Assembly: GCA_965242865.1 (NCBI GenBank)
Contig: CBDETK010000013.1
Coordinates: forward strand, 3,936,001-4,000,000
Length of the DNA: 64,000 nucleotides
Direction: 5' to 3'
Source of the DNA: Candidatus Latescibacterota bacterium
GTDB taxonomy: Bacteria; Latescibacterota; UBA2968; UBA8231
Part shown: one piece after another, positions 10,183 through 19,054 of the stretch
Layout of the letters: each line of letters begins with the position of its first letter
How positions within the stretch are numbered: position 1 is the stretch's first letter
Notes under the pieces: generated by a model
Told to the model about the DNA's origin: nothing
The model's input: the letters and a program-made list of their open reading frames with translations, nothing else
The model's database searches: none
Program-made: the position numbers and the translations under genes

Positions 10183-11327
10183 GACAACAATACGCCAAGC
10201 TGACAGCACCCCATCAACCGAAATATGGCACTGCAGCGAGTCGCTGGGCCGGCATCGGTCCTTATTATGCAATGTTCCCAACCGAGTTTGCTGATGCTGT
10301 TATAAGCAAATATACCCGTCTTGGCGAAACTATCCTCGACCCATTCGCCGGCCGTGGTACTGCCATATTCAGTGCCGCCATTCAGCAGCGTCCAGCCATC
10401 GGTATCGAAATCAGTCCCCTAGGCTACGTGTATGCTAACGCTAAACTCAAACCTGGGGACTACAAAAGAGTAGTACGAAAACTTGAAAAGCTGGGTGAAA
10501 CCGCTCACTTATATCGCTCAGAGGCGAATAACCTCCCACCATTTTTTCACCATTGCTTCGCTCCCGGAGTACTCGAGTTTCTAATCGCCGCCCGCGAAAA
10601 GTTGAAATGGAAACACGGGAGAGATGATCGAACTCTAATGGCCATCATTTTAGTATCACTGCATGGTAAACGGCTCCAGTCCCTGTCCAATCAGATGCGC
10701 CAGAGTACCTCAATGGCTCCCGATTACTGCATCCGCTGGTGGACAGAAAAAAATCTCGCCCCACCAAATATCGACCCAGTCGAGTTTTTCACCAAGCGCA
10801 TTAAATGGCGCTATGCAAAAGGAATACCCCAAACTGAAGATGCCATAGTCCACCTAGGCGACAGTATTAAAAAATTACCTCAGTTAGCCCGATATATCCA
10901 AAAACGCCAACAGTCCCAAATAAAACTCCTCATTACTTCTCCTCCCTATAGTAATGTTACAAATTACTACTACGACCAATGGCTCAGATTATGGCTATTA
11001 GGTGGTCCAGAATATCCCGGCAAACATGGTGATCTATATGGAGGAAAGTTTAGCAACTCCGAACGGTATTATCAATTACTCAACCGAGTCTTCGCTAGAG
11101 CGAAACGTATCCTTGCGAACGATGCTATTATCTACATCAGAACCGATCTCAGAGAGTCAACTCTCCATACCACACGGGCTGTTTTGAAAGAAACGTTCCC
11201 CGAAAAACACATCACCGATGAGATAGAACAACCCCTGAATCCTGCTCGTCAAACTAGACCGTACAGCCGCGGTGGAGCACCAAAAAAAGCCAATTGCGAA
11301 GTGGATATCATCCTAGAACCTCGGTAG
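10179..11327 (+). CDS. Amino-type DNA methyltransferase (SPPY, probably N4-cytosine)
   Basis: PYYAMFP, motif I ILDPFAGRGT, motif IV LITSPPY; ATGA overlap with nurA. Confidence 0.85.
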   Translation: MRQQYAKLTAPHQPKYGTAASRWAGIGPYYAMFPTEFADAVISKYTRLGETILDPFAGRGTAIFSAAIQQRPAIGIEISPLGYVYANAKLKPGDYKRVVRKLEKLGETAHLYRSEANNLPPFFHHCFAPGVLEFLIAAREKLKWKHGRDDRTLMAIILVSLHGKRLQSLSNQMRQSTSMAPDYCIRWWTEKNLAPPNIDPVEFFTKRIKWRYAKGIPQTEDAIVHLGDSIKKLPQLARYIQKRQQSQIKLLITSPPYSNVTNYYYDQWLRLWLLGGPEYPGKHGDLYGGKFSNSERYYQLLNRVFARAKRILANDAIIYIRTDLRESTLHTTRAVLKETFPEKHITDEIEQPLNPARQTRPYSRGGAPKKANCEVDIILEPR

Positions 11328-11365
11328 CTATATGCACTGCCTTCGCATCCCGTGTACACGGGGCT

Positions 11366-11389
11366 GTGGATTACATAGACTATCATTGA
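11366..11389 (+). pseudogene. Last codons of a HigB (RelE-type) toxin gene
   Basis: gtg gat tac ata gac tat cat tga = VDYIDYH*, the typical HigB C-terminus, just upstream of higA. Confidence 0.6.
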
Positions 11390-11403
11390 TAGGGAGTGGA
11401 AAT

Positions 11404-11703
11404 ATGGCAATGCACGATCCTCCGCATCCGGGTGGAATCGTTCGACGGCAGTGTCTTCAGCCGCTTGGTCTGTCCGTGACACAAGCGGCGGTAGGGCTGG
11501 GCGTATCTCGTCAGATGCTGTCCGATCTGGTAAACGAGCGGACGGGCATCTCGACCGAGATGGCCATTCGCCTATCTAAGGCGTTCGGCTCTACGCCGGA
11601 GACTTGGCTCGGAATGCAAATGGCCTATGATCTCTGGCAAGCCCGCGAACGCGCCGAGCAGATTGAGAGCGAGGTATTTGAGATGCCGGCACCGGGCCAC
11701 TAA
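11404..11703 (+). CDS. higA: HigA-family antitoxin (XRE HTH)
   Basis: PPHPG..LGLSVTQAA..LGVSRQ..ISTEMAIRLSKAFGSTPETWLGMQ; RBS GGGAG. Confidence 0.92.
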   Translation: MAMHDPPHPGGIVRRQCLQPLGLSVTQAAVGLGVSRQMLSDLVNERTGISTEMAIRLSKAFGSTPETWLGMQMAYDLWQARERAEQIESEVFEMPAPGH

Positions 11704-11728
11704 GTGGCCGGAAGCATTCGCACCGCGA

Positions 11729-11775
11729 GTTCGTGAAATGGGGCCTCTCTCAAACGGAGACCCCATTTTGCGAAC
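11729..11775. other. Long imperfect hairpin downstream of higA (possible terminator)
   Basis: GTTCGTGAAATGGGG ... CCCCATTTTGCGAAC; no U-tract. Confidence 0.4.
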
Positions 11776-11898
11776 AGACAGCACACAGCGTATCATTTTC
11801 AGCTTACTAGATGCCCACAATCCCGGACGCATCGGGAACACCAGCTAGGTGTCGCGTCCTTTAACAGCGTCAGCACCCGACAGACTCTCTAACGAACC

Positions 11899-12699
11899 AT
11901 GACCTTCGCCCTGCCGTTTATCACTGCCCTCGTCTCCGGGCTTTACACGTGCCTGTGGGGCGCGTTCAAAGACGCGCCTTACGAGGGATTCAAACCCAAG
12001 ACCTTTCCGCGCAGCATCTACTTCCACCTCGCAATTTTTTTGCCGTTGTATTTCGTCCCGTATTTCAGCGCACAATTCCAGCATCTTGGTCTCGTGCAAA
12101 CATTCTTCCTGATCATGGGCCTAGAGCGCTTTCTCGCCGAAATCTACAAGGGCTTCTTCCGCACGGAAGACCAGCAGAAGTACTTCGTTCCCTCGCGCAT
12201 TACCTTCTTTGGCCGCCCGGTCACCAGCGACTTCCTCCGCTATAGTGCGGGCGGTCTAATCGTCGCCATTGTCTTTGCCTTCTTGCTCGTCGCCGTGCCC
12301 GTCAAGAGCTTCTGGGCCTATCTGGCGACCGGGTATTGCACCGGGCTGCTCGTGGCCTTGGGCGGTGCTTATAAGGACGCGCCCTTCGAGGGATTCAAGT
12401 GGCTCAAATTCCAGCGCTCTGGGGTCGTCTTGGCCGCCCTGAGTCCGCTGTTTTACTTTCTCGGCAATCCCGAACACCCGGTCGGCTTGGGTTTTCTCAT
12501 TTACATGAACGGCGGGCTAGAGCGATTCACCGTCGAGTACTACAAGACTTACATCCAGCGCAATATGTCCGGGAAATTCCAACCCAACCTGCCCAGAATT
12601 CAGCGAGAATTGGACACCCGCGAAAAGTTCCACTACGCGGCCTTGGCGATCATCGCCGGGCTGGCCGCGCTCTACGCCTATGAACGCGGCGCACTATGA
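11899..12699 (+). CDS. Hypothetical multi-pass membrane protein with internal duplication
   Basis: GAFKDAPYEGF/GAYKDAPFEGF and GLERFLAEIYK/GLERFTVEYYK; hydrophobic helices. Confidence 0.8.
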   Translation: MTFALPFITALVSGLYTCLWGAFKDAPYEGFKPKTFPRSIYFHLAIFLPLYFVPYFSAQFQHLGLVQTFFLIMGLERFLAEIYKGFFRTEDQQKYFVPSRITFFGRPVTSDFLRYSAGGLIVAIVFAFLLVAVPVKSFWAYLATGYCTGLLVALGGAYKDAPFEGFKWLKFQRSGVVLAALSPLFYFLGNPEHPVGLGFLIYMNGGLERFTVEYYKTYIQRNMSGKFQPNLPRIQRELDTREKFHYAALAIIAGLAALYAYERGAL

Positions 12700-14167
12700 C
12701 GCAGTGGTCATTGGCTCCGGGTTCGGCGGCTCGCTGGTGGCCCACGCGCTGGTGCAATCCGGGCTAAAGACCGCGCTGCTAGAGCGGGGCCAATGGGCCA
12801 AGCGCGACGACGCAGACTGGGATCAGCGCACCATCCTGCTGCAAAAACGCTACGGCGCGGCCTCGCCCCTTTTGGTCAAGCAGTACGGCCGTCGCACCTT
12901 CCAGCGCGTCTATCCCAACGAAGTCGTCGGTGGCAACTCCGTCTTTTACGGCGGGGCGTCGCTGCGGTTGCGGCCGGCGGATTTTGCCCGCTGGCCCTTT
13001 TCCTATGCCGAGCTAGCCCCTTATTACGCCCGCGCCGAGCAGCTTCTCGGGGTACACGGAGAGGTGGGGACCGACCCCTACCAACCCCCGGGGTTGGTGG
13101 CCTATCCGCGCCGCGCTGTTGAGCTGAGTACACCGGCCCAGCGCATTTACCAAGCGGGGACGGACTTGGGGCTGCGGCCGTTCAAAATTCCGCTGGCGAT
13201 CAATTTTTCCGACCGCACCCGCCCTCTCTGCCTGCGCTGCATCACCTGCGATGGCTTCCCCTGCAAGGTGGAGGCTAAAAACGACCTGGCTTCCACTGTG
13301 CTGGCTGCGGCTGTGGCCGCCGGGCTGGAGATCGTCGTCGGCGCGGTGGCGCGGCGGTTGGTGCAGCGGGGGGGGCGCGTCGAGCAAGTCGAATACGTGG
13401 ACAGCACCTCCCGACAGGTCCACGCGCTCTCGGCCGACTTGGTGGTCTTGGCCGCTGGGGCACTCAACAGCCCGGCCCTGATGCTGCGCTCGGGATTCGA
13501 CCACCCCCTGATTGGGCGCTTTCTCATGCGCCATTGCAATGGGGTTGCCTGCTGCATCTTCCCCTTTCGCACCAACCCGCAACAGGTCTTCCACAAACAA
13601 CTCTGCTTTTCCGATTTCTACGAAGACCGGCGCGCGGAATTTGGCACGGCCGTGGGCGTCATCCAAGACATCTACACCCCGGCGCCCGCCATCATCCGGC
13701 ACCACACGCCTTGGGGCCTCAAAACCCTCGCCGGGCTGCTGGCCAGCCGCATGCAGAGTTTGCTCTGCATTGCCGAGGACGACCCGCGCCGCGAAAACCG
13801 CATGTCGTTGGCTGACGAGCGGGACATTTTCGGCTTGGAACTGGTACAAATAGAACACGCGTACAGCGACGCCGACTGCGGTCGCCGCGACCTTTTGCTG
13901 GCCAAGGCAGAGGCCGTATTGCGCCAAGCGGGCGGCCTGCTGCGCTACCGCTACCGGATCGATTCCTTCTCGCACGCCGTAGGCACCCTGCGTTGCGCCA
14001 CTGCGCCCGAGGAAGGCGTCCTCAATGCGGATTGTCGCTATTGGGGCAGCGACAACCTCTACGTATCCGACGGCAGCTTCATGCCGTCTTCGGGCGGAGT
14101 AAATCCAAGTTTGACGATTGCGGCCAATGCCCTGCGGGTCGCCGAGCGGATATTGGAGAAGCCATGA
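12680..14167 (+). CDS. GMC-family flavin oxidoreductase
   Basis: VIGSGFGGS, VVGGNS, CLRCITCDGFPC, HAVGT, VNPSLTIAANALR. Confidence 0.92.
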   Translation: MNAAHYDAVVIGSGFGGSLVAHALVQSGLKTALLERGQWAKRDDADWDQRTILLQKRYGAASPLLVKQYGRRTFQRVYPNEVVGGNSVFYGGASLRLRPADFARWPFSYAELAPYYARAEQLLGVHGEVGTDPYQPPGLVAYPRRAVELSTPAQRIYQAGTDLGLRPFKIPLAINFSDRTRPLCLRCITCDGFPCKVEAKNDLASTVLAAAVAAGLEIVVGAVARRLVQRGGRVEQVEYVDSTSRQVHALSADLVVLAAGALNSPALMLRSGFDHPLIGRFLMRHCNGVACCIFPFRTNPQQVFHKQLCFSDFYEDRRAEFGTAVGVIQDIYTPAPAIIRHHTPWGLKTLAGLLASRMQSLLCIAEDDPRRENRMSLADERDIFGLELVQIEHAYSDADCGRRDLLLAKAEAVLRQAGGLLRYRYRIDSFSHAVGTLRCATAPEEGVLNADCRYWGSDNLYVSDGSFMPSSGGVNPSLTIAANALRVAERILEKP

Positions 14168-15117
14168 AAAAGGTCTGTCTAATAGGGTGCGGCACCATCG
14201 GTCGCCTACACGCGAAAAACCTCGTCGGCCGGGTCGAGCTGTCGTTTCACAGCCGTACGCGGGCTAGTGCCGAGGCCCTCAGCCGTCAATGCGGCGGGGG
14301 GCAGGTGTTCGCCGCGTATGCCGAAGTCCTCGCCAGCGCGGTCGATGCGGTGCTCATCAGCTCGCCGCCGGATGCCCATTGCTCGCAGGTCGTCGCCGCG
14401 TTGGCCGCCGGCAAGGGCGTGCTGGTGGAAAAGCCTTTGTGCGCCACCGCAGGCGATTTGGCGGCGATTGCTGCGGCCGCCGCGGCCCATCCCGACGCGC
14501 TGCTGATGATCGCGGAAAACTACTACTACAAGCCCTTGCTCAAGCGGCTCAAGTGGATCATCCAGCAGGGTTTTATCGGCCAAGTGCAGCAGGCGACTCT
14601 TGGCAAGCACTGTACGCAGCAGACTGCGGGCTGGAAAAGCAGCTATGGCGCGTTGCTGGAGGGAGGGATCCACTTCGTGGCCCTCGGAGCGGACCTGTTC
14701 GCGGCCGCGCCCGAGCGGGTGACAGCCGAGTTTCCCGGGCACCGGGCGGGCGAGCCCGAGCGGAATTCAGTGGTGCGGCTCGAATACGCATCCGGCGCGG
14801 AGCTGGTGTTGCGCTATGCTTGGAACGCCTTCAGCTTGACCAAGGGCACCTTTCAACACGCGCGGATTTTGGGAACCGAGGGGCGGGTGATCTTCGAGTG
14901 CAATGGGCTGTACGTGCGGTTGCGGGGGCGGCGAAAGCGGCTCTACTTTCCGGGCGTGAGGGACTTGATGGGCTACCAGAGCATGACGCAGGATTTCTTG
15001 CAGTGTTTGCAGGAGCCGGGACGGAAGCCGTATTCAGACCTAGCGCGGGCTAAACGAGATTTGGGCATCGTGTTTACCGCGTATAAAGGATTGGTGCAGG
15101 GGCTAGCACCGGGGTAA
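14164..15117 (+). CDS. Gfo/Idh/MocA oxidoreductase
   Basis: LIGCGTIG, VLVEKP, LEGGIH; ATGA overlap with the GMC gene. Confidence 0.9.
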   Translation: MKKVCLIGCGTIGRLHAKNLVGRVELSFHSRTRASAEALSRQCGGGQVFAAYAEVLASAVDAVLISSPPDAHCSQVVAALAAGKGVLVEKPLCATAGDLAAIAAAAAAHPDALLMIAENYYYKPLLKRLKWIIQQGFIGQVQQATLGKHCTQQTAGWKSSYGALLEGGIHFVALGADLFAAAPERVTAEFPGHRAGEPERNSVVRLEYASGAELVLRYAWNAFSLTKGTFQHARILGTEGRVIFECNGLYVRLRGRRKRLYFPGVRDLMGYQSMTQDFLQCLQEPGRKPYSDLARAKRDLGIVFTAYKGLVQGLAPG

Positions 15118-15172
15118 ATTTATTTGGCAAGTTTTGACGCTGTTTGACATCGTGTCAAGCGTATTTTTATAA

Positions 15173-15203
15173 AGGGCTTGATCGGGCCTCGCAATCAAGC
15201 CCT
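15173..15203. terminator. Hairpin between convergent genes (terminator or REP)
   Basis: AGGGCTTGAT ... ATCAAGCCCT 10-bp stem; TTGACA-TCG-TGTCAA palindrome at 15144-15158. Confidence 0.45.
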
Positions 15204-15212
15204 GCCTCCCGC

Positions 15213-16784
15213 TCACATCCCCCAAACATCCACCTCCACCCCACTGTCAGCTACCCGGCGGCAGTGAAACACTTTGTCGGCCCAACGCCGCCCTTCGCGT
15301 CGGTCGAAAATCACCAGATGACCCGCCTCGGCCCCGCAGCGATCCACGTATTCCGCGGTCTGCTTCAACCCAGCGACGATCGTCTGCTCCAAGCTCTGAT
15401 GCAGCACCTTGCACTCGACCACGAACCGGCGCGTCTGCTCTCCCTGCGGCCATACAATGAGCAAATCCGTCCGCATCCGACCCAAGCCGTATTCACGCTC
15501 GATGCGACTGCCGCTGTTGACGATGCGCTGCAAAAAGGCTTGCAGCAGCAACTGCGGCCCGGCTTCCTTGTACTCGAATCGCTCCACCCAGTGCTCGGAG
15601 TGCTCGCGGAAGAACGCTTGGAATGCCGACAACAGCTTGTCCAAGTCTAGGCCGCCAGCCGCATCCACATACCAAGCCGGGTCTTGGGCTAACGTCGCTT
15701 GGGTGGTGTAGATCAGCTCGCGTGGAATGACCTCTCGATATATGGGATTGGCAATACGCGCCGGGTTGTCTGCGCTGAGCAGGCCCAAATCGCGGACATA
15801 CATCAAGTCGTCGGAGGGCATGGAGTGCGCTTGGCTGCCACTCAGCAAAGGCTCGACGACGCGCCGGACGCGCTCTTCTTGCAGCTTATCGGCCAACTGG
15901 TCGAGATGGGTTTCGCGCCGCAGGATGAGTTGCTCTTGCGCGGCGAGGATGGCCTCAGCCGCGACCGGGTGCTGGCGATCTTGGGCGACGCCGTAAAAGC
16001 AGGCTTCGTCGGCCAGCGCGTTGACCAGCCACGGTTGCCCTTGGGTCTGCGTCCAGACCGTCTCCACTGCCTCGGCGGTGAACGCTTGGCCGGTCTCTTC
16101 GGTGTGCTGACCGAGCAAGGTGGACACCTCCTCGCGGGAAAAGTCGCCCAGACGCAGCGACCGCGCCTTGATGTTGAACGCACTGCCGCCGGCGATGATG
16201 GCTTTTTCGACCGTCGATTGAATGCGGTAATCGCGCACGTCGCGCACCCCGCACAGCACCACGCTCTGGGGAAACGCTCCGGGCCGGCGCACATAGCCCG
16301 CCCGCAACTGACGCAGCACCGACAGCAGCGAATCCCCGATCAGGGAATCGATTTCGTCGATCAGCAGCACCAGCGGTTTGGTTGCCGCCGCCGACCAGCG
16401 CGTCAGGGCCTCGCGCAACGCACCCGCGCCGAATTTGGCGAAGATGTCCGACCAAGTATCGGTCAGAAACTCGTCGTTGAGCGTCGAACGCGCCCAAGAC
16501 GCCAGTTCGCCCAAGATGACCTGCGTCGCCCGTTCCACGTCTTCGCGCAGGGGTTGTGCGCCCTCCACGTTGACGTACACGCAGCCGTAGTTCCCTTCGG
16601 CGTTGAGCAGGTCGCGCAGGGCCAGCAGAGCCGATGTCTTGCCCGTCTGGCGCGGCGCGTGCAGGACGAAGTAGCGTTTGTCGCGAATGAGCCGGCGCAC
16701 CTCGGCAAGGTTCAGCCGCTCCAACGGCGGGATGCAGTAGTGATCGTCGGCGACGACCGGACCGCTCGTATTGAAAAAACGCAT
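15213..16784 (-). CDS. AAA-like ATPase with C-terminal PD-(D/E)XK-like domain
   Basis: RFFNTSGP, HAPRQTGKT, LIDEID, EREYGLG..RTDL..VECK. Confidence 0.88.
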   Translation of the reverse strand: MRFFNTSGPVVADDHYCIPPLERLNLAEVRRLIRDKRYFVLHAPRQTGKTSALLALRDLLNAEGNYGCVYVNVEGAQPLREDVERATQVILGELASWARSTLNDEFLTDTWSDIFAKFGAGALREALTRWSAAATKPLVLLIDEIDSLIGDSLLSVLRQLRAGYVRRPGAFPQSVVLCGVRDVRDYRIQSTVEKAIIAGGSAFNIKARSLRLGDFSREEVSTLLGQHTEETGQAFTAEAVETVWTQTQGQPWLVNALADEACFYGVAQDRQHPVAAEAILAAQEQLILRRETHLDQLADKLQEERVRRVVEPLLSGSQAHSMPSDDLMYVRDLGLLSADNPARIANPIYREVIPRELIYTTQATLAQDPAWYVDAAGGLDLDKLLSAFQAFFREHSEHWVERFEYKEAGPQLLLQAFLQRIVNSGSRIEREYGLGRMRTDLLIVWPQGEQTRRFVVECKVLHQSLEQTIVAGLKQTAEYVDRCGAEAGHLVIFDRREGRRWADKVFHCRRVADSGVEVDVWGM

Positions 16785-16789
16785 CGTGG

Positions 16790-16827
16790 TCTCTTGCGAT
16801 TACTGACTCATCGAACAGCAGTCTCAT
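16790..16827 (-). pseudogene. 5' stub of a DUF5615 PIN-like toxin
   Basis: ATG 16827 overlaps the DUF433 end and reads MRLLFDESV (cf. intact paralog MQVLLDEDI at 34402), then runs into the ATPase start. Confidence 0.6.
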
Positions 16828-17047
16828 AAGCAATACTCTCCAAGGCTTCCCTCGCCATATCAATCGTCCTTACTGCCTGCTCGCGGCTTACACTCGGAAA
16901 GTCGTCCAGAAAGTCGTCTAGACTGTGCCCACCTGCCAGATAATCGAACAGGTTCTTCAGCGGTACGCGGGTCCCCACAAAAATGGGTGTCCCACTCACA
17001 AAACCCGCTTTGCTGTGAAACACGCCATTTTCGATTGTTTGTGTCAC
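16808..17047 (-). CDS. DUF433 antitoxin-like protein
   Basis: SGTPIFVGTRVP..LFDYLAGGHSLDDFLDDFPSV; GTG start. Confidence 0.88.
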   Translation of the reverse strand: MTQTIENGVFHSKAGFVSGTPIFVGTRVPLKNLFDYLAGGHSLDDFLDDFPSVSREQAVRTIDMAREALESIAYETAVR

Positions 17048-17054
17048 GGCATTC

Positions 17055-18179
17055 CTACCAGTCCACGACCGACCCGTCGTCCGGGTCAAAGCGGGCTTGG
17101 TAGGGACGCGGTTCGCCGACTTGGTCCCTGAGCTTGTCTTCGTCGATGGTGATGCCGAGGCCGGAATCGGTGGGTAGGGGTCGGTGGCCGTTGGCGACCG
17201 GGGCCAAGGGTTGGGCGAGCAGGTCTGCGTATTCGTTGTCGCCGCGCTCTTGGATGAGAAAGTTGGGGATGGCAGCGGCCACCTGTAGGCTCGCGGCCAG
17301 CGAACAAGGGCCTTGGGGATTGTGCGGGGCCAGCGGCGAATAGTACGCCTCGGCCATGCCGGCGATGATCTTCAATTCGGTGATGCCGCCGGCATAGCAA
17401 ACGTCCGGCTGAAGGATGTGGGCGGCGCGTTTTTCGAGAATTTCCTTGAACCCCCACTTCGTAAAGATGCGCTCGCCAGTGGCGATAGGGATGTGGGTTT
17501 TCTCGGCGAGTTCGGCCATGACATCGACGTTGAGGGCCTGCACAATTTCCTCGTAAAACCAAGGGTGATACGGTTCGAGTGCTTTGATGAGCAGCAGGGC
17601 GGTGGGAGGCTGCACCGCGCCGTGAAAGTCAACGGCAATATCGACGCCCGAGCCGTGTTGTTCGCGGAGTGCCTTAAAACGCTCAACGACCTCGTCGACG
17701 AACTTTTGCCCCTCGATGTATTTGAAGGGGGACCGCGCCGTGCCCGGCCCCACCTTCATGGCGTTGACCCCGGTCTCCTCGCTCACTTCGCCATAAACCC
17801 GAATCCGCTCGCGCGTAGGACCGCCGAGCAACTTGTACACGGGCACGCCATAGCACTTCCCAGCGATGTCCCAAAGGGCCATATCAATGCCGGAGGAAAT
17901 CGCGGTTTTGATTGGGCCGCCGCGATAGAAGGCACCGCGGTGGATGGCCTGCCAATGGTGGGTGACGGGCCGAGGGTCCTTACCCACTAGATAATCGGCA
18001 ACTTCGAGCGCACCCGCCGCACAGGCTTTGGCGTCGTCCTTGAGCATTTCGCCCCAACCGACGATGCCCGCGTCCGTGGAAATTTTGACGAAGACCCAGG
18101 AGTTTTTGAGAACAAACGTCTCGATCTTGGCGACCTTAATCGCATCGTTGGGGCCGATGGGAGCTTGAGTGCTCGACAT
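17055..18179 (-). CDS. Galactonate dehydratase-like enolase superfamily enzyme
   Basis: SGIDMALWDIAGK, VDFHG, FYEE, ATGER, QPDV, APHNPQGP, DGSVVDW; start re-placed at ATG 18179. Confidence 0.9.
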   Translation of the reverse strand: MSSTQAPIGPNDAIKVAKIETFVLKNSWVFVKISTDAGIVGWGEMLKDDAKACAAGALEVADYLVGKDPRPVTHHWQAIHRGAFYRGGPIKTAISSGIDMALWDIAGKCYGVPVYKLLGGPTRERIRVYGEVSEETGVNAMKVGPGTARSPFKYIEGQKFVDEVVERFKALREQHGSGVDIAVDFHGAVQPPTALLLIKALEPYHPWFYEEIVQALNVDVMAELAEKTHIPIATGERIFTKWGFKEILEKRAAHILQPDVCYAGGITELKIIAGMAEAYYSPLAPHNPQGPCSLAASLQVAAAIPNFLIQERGDNEYADLLAQPLAPVANGHRPLPTDSGLGITIDEDKLRDQVGEPRPYQARFDPDDGSVVDW

Positions 18180-18238
18180 GGGGGTAATCCTTTGGTTAAT
18201 GGACGGTCGAACAGGGTTGCAAGTCGCTCGGCACCGAC

Positions 18239-19036
18239 CTACTGCTTGCGCCGAGCACCTTGGCGACCGACCCGATAGGTACTCGCCGTATAGGTCAGCG
18301 TCTGCCCGGGCTGCATCTCCACTACCTTCGTATTCGGCGAGAGAAACTTCACCGCCTCGCTCAACGCGCCAATGTCCGCCGGTTGCTTCATAATCGGCCC
18401 GTAGTGGCAGGGAATGACGATGTCCGGGCGAATCAGGCTCGCCGCCCGCGCGGCCTCGCGGATCCCCATGGTGTACTGCCCGCCCACCGGCATAATCGCG
18501 AGCTGCGGCCCGTACATCTGGCCGATGAGCTGCATGTCGCTGAACAAGCAGGTGTCGGCCGTGTCGTAGATGGAGATGCCGTTGTTGTACGCTACGACGA
18601 AGCCGTTGACGGCGCTGTCGGGATGGAAGAGCAAGCCCGACGGCAGCTCGCCGCCGATCACGTGCGGCGATAGCGACTGCGAGTGGTGGCCCTGCACCAT
18701 GGTGATCGTGGCGTCCTTGACCTTGACCGCGCCGCCGGGGTTCATGGACAATGCCCGCGAGCCCAGCTTGAGCCCATGCACTGTCTCGGCGACCGAGCAA
18801 AGCTCGTAGTTGCCGACGAACTTGGCCTTGGTGCGCTTGCATATCTCGTAGGAATCGCCAATGTGGTCGCTGTGGCCGTGGCTGGCGATGACGATGTCGG
18901 CTTCTTTCACCTGACTGAGCGTCATCTCGGCCGTGGGATTGTCGTCGAGCCAAGCGTCGAAGTACGCGACCGAGCCTTTGTCGGACTCAAAGCAAAAAGA
19001 AGCGTGGCCGATAAAAGTGATCTTCACGGATGCCAT
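18239..19036 (-). CDS. Metallo-beta-lactamase-fold hydrolase
   Basis: FIGHASF, SHGHSDHIGD, VIPCHY. Confidence 0.9.
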   Translation of the reverse strand: MASVKITFIGHASFCFESDKGSVAYFDAWLDDNPTAEMTLSQVKEADIVIASHGHSDHIGDSYEICKRTKAKFVGNYELCSVAETVHGLKLGSRALSMNPGGAVKVKDATITMVQGHHSQSLSPHVIGGELPSGLLFHPDSAVNGFVVAYNNGISIYDTADTCLFSDMQLIGQMYGPQLAIMPVGGQYTMGIREAARAASLIRPDIVIPCHYGPIMKQPADIGALSEAVKFLSPNTKVVEMQPGQTLTYTASTYRVGRQGARRKQ

Positions 19037-19054
19037 GCGGATTGATCCTTTCTG

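Noticed and set aside
17055-18953. 632-aa fusion ORF
   Set aside because: The N-terminal extension is an alternative frame of the MBL hydrolase gene; the real start is 18179.
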